Assembly: GCA_965140585.1 (NCBI GenBank)
Contig: OZ223269.1
Span: forward strand, 715,542 to 779,541
DNA length: 64,000 bases
Direction: 5' to 3'
DNA from: Spirochaetia bacterium
GTDB taxonomy: Bacteria > Spirochaetota > Spirochaetia > UBA9216
The notes below the pieces were generated by a model. It was not told the origin of the DNA and made no database searches. It worked only from the letters and a program-made list of their open reading frames with translations. The translations under genes were made by a program, and so were the position numbers. Shown here in pieces: positions 58,244-64,000 of the stretch (the stretch's first letter is position 1; each line of letters opens with the position of its first letter).

Positions 58244-59205
58244 TGAATCAAAAATTGAATTTGCCTGCAAACCTATCTGTAAAACAGGATGGCTGGGGAG
58301 TCTCTCCATGTTCCGATTGTGATAATACCCCCTGTTGTAAAAATCTTCCGCTGGATATATTAAAACTGCAGAATTATTCCGATATGGTAAACCTTCAGTT
58401 AAGTTCAGTATTCAGGGATATATATCTGGTATTGAAAAAAAGCGGTGAATGGAACCTGTATCTACGGCGTAACTGTTTATTTGTTGATGCAGACAGCGGC
58501 AAGTGCCTTATTCATGCAATGCCGAATCAAAGTCTTATCTGTAAATCATATGATGCCCATAGATGCTGGTATAAAGAAGCATTCAAGGCACACAGCAGTA
58601 CTCTGATTAAATTTACTGGTGGAATGCTTGACGATTTTGAACATTCTTTAACCTGTGCTAACGGGAAATTTGACTGTGAATCCTATGATTTTGATACTTT
58701 GAGATCTACAATAACTGATGATTTTAATAAGCCGGTCAGTCAGAGACGTAATAGTAAAAGAGATTACAGACAGTACACTCTCTCTTATAAAAAAGCCTAT
58801 GACCCGGATTTTCTCTTTCTTCCGCCCTATATAAAACCTTCGAGTATTAATCACCTTGAACTTGCAGAATTCCGGCTTGGATTCCCCGGTGTCTATCTGG
58901 CTGTAGCAGATAACTGCTGGGCTTATTTGATAAAAACTTCTTTAGACCTTAAACGGCTGCAAATTATCCGGAAGAACCTTCCCTCAGTTGCTCCACAGGA
59001 TTTCAGTTACAGTTTTAAAAGTTTCCAAAGAAATAGTCAGCCCTTTTCTGAAATAGGGGAAAAATTCGTTGTATTGCGAAAGGATAATCTGCCACTTTTA
59101 AAAAGTATGGTTAAGACGGATGCTGCCGGCAGAATAAAACGATTGCCGACAACTTATGAAATATATTTCGCACTCAAAAAAGACCGCCCTGAAAGGGCAG
59201 CCTGA
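58243..59205 (+). CDS. Protein of unknown function with N-terminal CxxCxxxxCC metal-chelating motif (YkgJ/FliB-like)
   Basis: 320 aa with CSDCDNTPCCKN near the N-terminus. Start overlaps the HAD stop (TAATG). Its stop abuts the convergent MCP gene with zero gap. Confidence 0.4.
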   Translation: MNQKLNLPANLSVKQDGWGVSPCSDCDNTPCCKNLPLDILKLQNYSDMVNLQLSSVFRDIYLVLKKSGEWNLYLRRNCLFVDADSGKCLIHAMPNQSLICKSYDAHRCWYKEAFKAHSSTLIKFTGGMLDDFEHSLTCANGKFDCESYDFDTLRSTITDDFNKPVSQRRNSKRDYRQYTLSYKKAYDPDFLFLPPYIKPSSINHLELAEFRLGFPGVYLAVADNCWAYLIKTSLDLKRLQIIRKNLPSVAPQDFSYSFKSFQRNSQPFSEIGEKFVVLRKDNLPLLKSMVKTDAAGRIKRLPTTYEIYFALKKDRPERAA

Positions 59206-60045
59206 CTAAAGTTTTTTATCTAAAAGTTTATCCAGTGATTCCTGAGACGCATGCAGGGTCTGTGAAATTGAATTAGCGTCCTTAAGCAGGGCAAACACCT
59301 TTTCAAGTGATTTCAATCCATCAGTCATCGCATCCGTCTGTTCTGTGACTGCTGCGTTGATTTCCGCAAGTCTGTATCCGGAATCAGAGAGACTTTTTTC
59401 GTTCTGCTGAAAGGTTTCACTGGTATTTGCAAGTTCATCACGTGAGCTGTTTAACAGCAGTACGAGTTTATTAAAATTTTCCTGAATTTTGTTAATGCCG
59501 CTGTTAAACTCATTAATAGTGCCGGATATTGTTGTAGCAAAATCCTGGGTTTGCTCGGAAAGCTTTCTGATTTCCTTTGCAATAATATGAAAACCACGTC
59601 CTGCATTTCCGGCACGTGCAGCTTCAATTGATGCATTTATTGCAAGAATATTTGTCTGCTGGGCAACATCTTCAATTGCCTCAGTAATTTCCCGAACCTT
59701 GTAGGATTGCTGTTCAAGAGAATTGAAAAGTTTAAAAATCTTTTCAGATTCAGTGGTCGCTGTGGAAATTTCACTCACATTCTTTTGAATGTTCCTGTTT
59801 ATAAGCGTTGAGGACTCGATAATGCTGTCCATTGCATTATTAATGCTCTTGGTATTGGCTGAAGTGCTTTGAGATGTTGCACGGACTTCTTCAAAGCTGG
59901 TAACAACGGTTTCAAGGGCATTATGGATAGCTGATATTTTTCTGGCTATTATATTCATCGCATTCTGAGTAATGCGGGAAAGTATAATACCCTTATTGTA
60001 TCCGACTGTCAGCAGAGTCAGAGTTTTGCGAATAAATTTATTCAT
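59206..60045 (-). CDS. Soluble methyl-accepting chemotaxis protein (signalling domain only)
   Basis: 279 aa. Highly conserved MCP tip [38 protein letters not shown]. No TM segment. Confidence 0.85.
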   Translation of the reverse strand: MNKFIRKTLTLLTVGYNKGIILSRITQNAMNIIARKISAIHNALETVVTSFEEVRATSQSTSANTKSINNAMDSIIESSTLINRNIQKNVSEISTATTESEKIFKLFNSLEQQSYKVREITEAIEDVAQQTNILAINASIEAARAGNAGRGFHIIAKEIRKLSEQTQDFATTISGTINEFNSGINKIQENFNKLVLLLNSSRDELANTSETFQQNEKSLSDSGYRLAEINAAVTEQTDAMTDGLKSLEKVFALLKDANSISQTLHASQESLDKLLDKKL

Positions 60046-60062
60046 ATTCCAATCAGCCTGCC

Positions 60063-60836
60063 TTAGTTGTATAAATCGTCAATTATATCGATGCCGCAGC
60101 TTAGACCGGAAAACCAGTCCAGAAACTTATTGACATTGTCACCCGTATAAATGGCACCATGCTGAGGAGCTATCATACTGATGTTCATGCCACTAAGTTT
60201 GCTGATCCATTTCTTGATTACTTTATTCGAGCTCATATAGCGTTTGTGGAAACCTTCACAAATTTTAATATGCTCATTAAAATCCTCAACAAAAAGATAC
60301 TGATTGCCGGGTTTAAATACCGCGGCTCCGATGTCTCCAGTGAAAAGAATTCCTGATGTTTCATCAAAAAAAGAATAACATCCGGTTGAGTGGAGAAAAT
60401 GTGAAGGAACCATTACAAGTTCCCTGTTCTGTGATATTTTCAGCCTTCCACCCAGATTTTCAATAGATGAAATCCTGCTATTATCAACTATTCCGAAATG
60501 CGGAATAAATCTGAGCCACAGGCCTGAAATGTATATTTTCGCATTTGTAACGCCCAGCCACAGTGCAATACCGCTGGAAACATCAGGATCCTGATGCGAG
60601 TAGAAAATATTATCAATGTGATCGAGATCTATATACTGACTTACCAGGGCTACTACTCTTGAAAAAAGGTGAATCCCACCCGGATCTACGAGAGTTCCCC
60701 TTCCATTGTTAATTATTAGGTACTGATTGGTCTGTACTACACCAACTTCTTCTTCCTCATCGGCGCCAAGCCAGATAAACTGATGGCCTTCTGTCTGGAA
60801 TAAAATCTTTCCGTTTATATCTTCAGAATTAATCAA
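60063..60836 (-). CDS. ODP-type di-iron MBL-fold protein (flavodiiron-protein-like core without a flavodoxin domain)
   Basis: 257 aa. FDP-like ligand motifs [29 protein letters not shown] and IAPQHGAIY. Immediately upstream of the soluble MCP in the same operon. Confidence 0.6.
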   Translation of the reverse strand: MINSEDINGKILFQTEGHQFIWLGADEEEEVGVVQTNQYLIINNGRGTLVDPGGIHLFSRVVALVSQYIDLDHIDNIFYSHQDPDVSSGIALWLGVTNAKIYISGLWLRFIPHFGIVDNSRISSIENLGGRLKISQNRELVMVPSHFLHSTGCYSFFDETSGILFTGDIGAAVFKPGNQYLFVEDFNEHIKICEGFHKRYMSSNKVIKKWISKLSGMNISMIAPQHGAIYTGDNVNKFLDWFSGLSCGIDIIDDLYN

Positions 60837-60939
60837 TTATTTCCCCGTTATATAAAAATTTAGTATTATAATATAATTAATATATGGAAATGGCAAATAA
60901 CTTTCATATTATTAAATTATTATAATATAAGGAGTTTTA

Positions 60940-61449
60940 ATGAAGCGGATTTTTTTTATAAGTTTATTGGTGCTGTCCGCCGTTTTGGTTTTCGGGCAGG
61001 AAGTTACAGTAACCATCAGTAATGATACGGGCTATGATATAACCAGTCTTTATTTTTCACCTACCGACTTTGATGACTGGGGAGATGATTTTCTTGAGGG
61101 AGATATCCTTTATTACGGTGATGAAATTACAATTTCACTCGACATGTATGATGCTGAAGCTGTTTTGTATGATCTGCAGGCTGTTGATATCGATGACGAT
61201 TATTATTCGAAGTATGAAATCGATATTTCGGCTGATGATGTAATCTATCTTACAATTGATGATTACGAAGGATTCGATGATTATGATGACAGTTATGATG
61301 ATTACTCAAGTTATGATGACGGTTATAATGACGGATACAGCGAAGGTTATAAGCAGGGATATACTGACGCATTCAGGGATGCATATCTCGAAGGATTTAA
61401 AGCCGGCCAGGAATTAAATACCGATACTGCACCTGACAGGTGGAGATGA
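60940..61449 (+). CDS. Secreted acidic Asp/Tyr-rich low-complexity protein
   Basis: 169 aa with signal peptide. DDYEGFDDYDDSYDDYSSYDDGYNDGYSEGYKQGY repeats. Confidence 0.5.
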   Translation: MKRIFFISLLVLSAVLVFGQEVTVTISNDTGYDITSLYFSPTDFDDWGDDFLEGDILYYGDEITISLDMYDAEAVLYDLQAVDIDDDYYSKYEIDISADDVIYLTIDDYEGFDDYDDSYDDYSSYDDGYNDGYSEGYKQGYTDAFRDAYLEGFKAGQELNTDTAPDRWR

Positions 61450-61480
61450 TTTTTAAGTATCAATTAACAATTTATAAATT

Positions 61481-61509
61481 AAAAAAGGCCGGATATACCG
61501 GCCTTTTTT
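61481..61509. terminator. Bidirectional terminator (A6-GGCCGG-ATATA-CCGGCC-T7)
   Basis: Sits between the convergent genes 60940..61449 (+) and 61510..61860 (-). Confidence 0.7.
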
Positions 61510-61860
61510 TCAGCAGAAGGAGCTTATCACCGTTTCTTTGAAAAGATTAAGTTCTTCAAATATGAATGATTCAAACTTCCCGGCTTTTACATAATCACCA
61601 ATTGAAGAATGTTTTTCGTATTCCGAAAGAATAGAACTTATACGGGTTCCGCCGTTCTTTTCTGTAAAAGATCTGATTTCGGACACCGCCCTGCAGATAG
61701 TCTTATTTTCTCGCGTTATTATAGACTGCTCCAGATTAAAAAGCAGATTATGGTATCTGTCAAGAAAATAGCCTATCCTGCTGCCGCCATAATTGTCTTC
61801 ACTGCTGTAACCAAGGAACTTTTTAAAATCCAGTACAGCTTCATCAAATATCAGTTCCAT
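61510..61860 (-). CDS. Hypothetical protein downstream of gcvPB
   Basis: 116 aa ORF 18 nt after the gcvPB stop, on the same strand. No recognisable motif. Confidence 0.4.
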   Translation of the reverse strand: MELIFDEAVLDFKKFLGYSSEDNYGGSRIGYFLDRYHNLLFNLEQSIITRENKTICRAVSEIRSFTEKNGGTRISSILSEYEKHSSIGDYVKAGKFESFIFEELNLFKETVISSFC

Positions 61861-61878
61861 ATAACAAGAATAAGATCT

Positions 61879-63351
61879 TTAAGTACCGTTTTCAACTAAT
61901 TCAGCTTTAAAATAATTTATATCAAGCTGTTTTACTGCTTTGACTTCATCCAGTCTTGAAACAACAGTTGTTCGGGGACATGTCTTGAAAAATGCAGGTT
62001 CATGGTCCGCTTTCCTGGAAAGCTCAATAAGTGTTTCTGCAAAATGATCAAGTGTTTCAGGACTTTCTGTTTCAGTCGGTTCAATCATAAGCGCTTCCGG
62101 AACGTTAAGAGGGAAATACACAGTAGGAGGATGCATGCCGTAATCGATAAGCGCTTTTGCAAAATCAAGTGCTTTTACACCCCTGGAGGCATAATCTTTT
62201 GCGCTTATAACAAACTCATGCAGGGTGCCATTTGGGTAGGGAATGCTGAAATCATTTTGGAGTTTCTTTTTCAGATAATTGGCATTCAGAACAGCATTTT
62301 CACTGACTTCAATTAAGCCGTCCCTTCCCATATAAAGTATATATGCATATGCGCGAAGCAGTATCCCGAAATTACCGTAAAACGGAGAGATATATCCAAT
62401 CGATTCCGGTTTATGATAATCAAGGGCAAAGGTTCCGTCTTCCCGCTTTGAAATCCTCGATGTCGGAAGAAACTCTGCAAGAAAATCCTTAACGCCTACT
62501 GGTCCGGCTCCTGGCCCTCCGCCTCCGTGAGGAGTTGAAAAAGTCTTGTGTAAATTTAAATGCACGATATCAAACCCCAAATCTCCCGGACGTGCCTTTC
62601 CCATGATAGCATTCATGTTTGCACCGTCGTAATATAGAAGGGCTCCGAAAGAATGTGCCAGATCCGCTATTTCCCTAATATGAGGATTAAAGATTCCAAG
62701 TGTATTGGGACAAGTCAGCATAACTCCTGCTGTATTCTCATCAAGAACCTTTTTGAATTCATCCATATCCATCAAACCATCTGAATCAGATTTTACAGTT
62801 ATAACCTTAAAACCTGCTATAGCCGCGCTGGCCGGATTTGTTCCATGACCGGAGTCCGGGATAATGATATTTTCTTTTTTAACCTTATTGTGTTTGTGAT
62901 AGGCAGCTATCAGCATTACTCCGGTTAGTTCTCCATGTGCTCCCGCCATAGGCTGGGTCGTGAAGGCCGCCATTCCGGTAATTTCAGAGAGCTGCTTTTC
63001 CAGTTCATAAATCACCTGCAGCGCACCCTGAGTGAGAACTCCGCCTTTAACAAGCTGCGGCTGAAGCGGATGCAGGCTTGCAAAACTCTCAAGTGATGCA
63101 ATTTTCTCTGTAAATCTGGGATTGTATTTCATGGTACAGGAGCCGAGAGGATAGAAGTTGGTATCAACACTGAAATTCAGCTGTGATAGTCTTGTATAGT
63201 GCCTGACAACCTCTGATTCTGAAAGGGCAGGAAGCTTTGGAGTTTCAGTATTAAGATAATGATCTTCAAGTTTCTCTGCTGCAGGAACGTCTGATACTGG
63301 AAGTTTTATACCACGGTGATCAGGGTTTGATTTCTCAAAAATCAGCTGCAT
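61879..63351 (-). CDS. gcvPB: Glycine dehydrogenase (decarboxylating) subunit 2
   Basis: 490 aa. PLP-dependent GcvPB architecture and typical N-terminus MQLIFEKS...GIKLP. Confidence 0.9.
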   Translation of the reverse strand: MQLIFEKSNPDHRGIKLPVSDVPAAEKLEDHYLNTETPKLPALSESEVVRHYTRLSQLNFSVDTNFYPLGSCTMKYNPRFTEKIASLESFASLHPLQPQLVKGGVLTQGALQVIYELEKQLSEITGMAAFTTQPMAGAHGELTGVMLIAAYHKHNKVKKENIIIPDSGHGTNPASAAIAGFKVITVKSDSDGLMDMDEFKKVLDENTAGVMLTCPNTLGIFNPHIREIADLAHSFGALLYYDGANMNAIMGKARPGDLGFDIVHLNLHKTFSTPHGGGGPGAGPVGVKDFLAEFLPTSRISKREDGTFALDYHKPESIGYISPFYGNFGILLRAYAYILYMGRDGLIEVSENAVLNANYLKKKLQNDFSIPYPNGTLHEFVISAKDYASRGVKALDFAKALIDYGMHPPTVYFPLNVPEALMIEPTETESPETLDHFAETLIELSRKADHEPAFFKTCPRTTVVSRLDEVKAVKQLDINYFKAELVENGT

Positions 63352-64000
63352 ACTGCCTCCTCCAAAAGATCCGCATAAAGAGCGAGTTCATGCTTCGTTC
63401 TTCTTTCTGTAACAGCAATCAGAAGATAATTCTGCATTTCTGTGTAATATCTTCCCAGTGGGAAACCTGCCGCAATACCTTTTTCGATAAGCGAACCGAT
63501 TACTTCATTTGCGTTAACCGGAAGTTTTACTGTAAATTCGTTGAAGGTGGGTGACGATTTCATAACCTCTATTCCAGGTATTGCAGAAAGTCTGCTCTTG
63601 AGATATTCGGTTTTATCGCGGCATAAGCCGGCAAGCTGTTTCAACCCCTCTGAGCCCAGAAGAGACATGTATATTACAGCGCGCAGCGCACAGAGCGACT
63701 GATTTGAACAAATATTTGAATTCGCAGTTTCACGTCTGATGTGCTGTTCTCTTGTCTGCAGAGTCAAAACAAAACCCTCTCTGCCGTTGCGGTCTGTTGT
63801 TTTTCCGCAGATCCGTCCGGGCATCTTACGGACGAGTTCCTGTTTTGCTGCAAGAAAACCGAGATATGGTCCTCCAAACGACAGGGGGATACCTAGCGAC
63901 TGTCCTTCACCTGTTACTATGTCGATATCCATCGTGGACGGTGGTTTAAGCATTCCAAGACTTATCGGGTAAACACTTGAAATAATCAGAGCCCCGTTGC
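63342..64000 (-). CDS. gcvPA: Glycine dehydrogenase (decarboxylating) subunit 1, C-terminal part (gene continues beyond the window end)
   Basis: C-terminal GcvPA region ...GPYLGFLAAKQELVRKMPGRI.G.T.D..G...F.LTLQTREQHIRRE.A.SNIC. Overlaps the gcvPB start by 10 nt. Confidence 0.8.
   Translation of the reverse strand, partial: NGALIISSVYPISLGMLKPPSTMDIDIVTGEGQSLGIPLSFGGPYLGFLAAKQELVRKMPGRICGKTTDRNGREGFVLTLQTREQHIRRETANSNICSNQSLCALRAVIYMSLLGSEGLKQLAGLCRDKTEYLKSRLSAIPGIEVMKSSPTFNEFTVKLPVNANEVIGSLIEKGIAAGFPLGRYYTEMQNYLLIAVTERRTKHELALYADLLEEAVCS

Overview
This is a ~40% GC, densely coding chromosomal window that looks spirochete-like. The clues are SC-lipobox lipoproteins, an ODP plus soluble-MCP chemosensor pair, Fhs/FolD genes and a CHASE2-type cyclase. 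I found no rRNA, tRNA, CRISPR array or transposase/integrase. From left to right: a partial ackA on the minus strand; panB-folD-fhs for one-carbon metabolism; a frameshift-split Fn3/ELWxxDGT-repeat lipoprotein; an atypical SDR; a CHASE2-like adenylate cyclase; a seven-gene operon of exported proteins (FecR-domain protein, beta-barrel-like protein, two modular lipoprotein paralogs, a LamG/VanZ protein); an M20 carbamoylase; and a large response-regulator/PEP-pyruvate-binding fusion protein. Then comes gdhA with a near-consensus sigma70 promoter and a bidirectional terminator. The dominant feature is a ~14 kb minus-strand operon (23.2-37.5 kb) homologous to the E. coli ygeW-ygeY-ssnA-hyuA/xdh anaerobic purine/urate catabolism neighbourhood. 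It carries two complete three-subunit xanthine-dehydrogenase-family enzymes, YgeW, YgeY, SsnA, a TRZ/ATZ amidohydrolase, a ThrC-like PLP enzyme and a DHOD/PreA-like flavoenzyme. Diverging from it are a 642-aa protein with no recognisable domain and hyuA (dihydropyrimidinase), which sits behind an operator-like palindrome. After that come lipA-lipB and a six-gene glycogen operon (glgC, glgB with no canonical ATG in front of its conserved N-terminus, GDE, glgP, a GlgE-like GH13 protein, glgA). The rest is a MinD-like ATPase, an Isf-like flavoprotein, a fused ptb-buk gene, a HAD hydrolase, a CxxCxxCC protein, the ODP + soluble-MCP pair, an Asp/Tyr-rich secreted protein and gcvPB/gcvPA (partial). 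All calls rest on motif and family recognition and on ORF layout read directly from the sequence. I ran no database searches.
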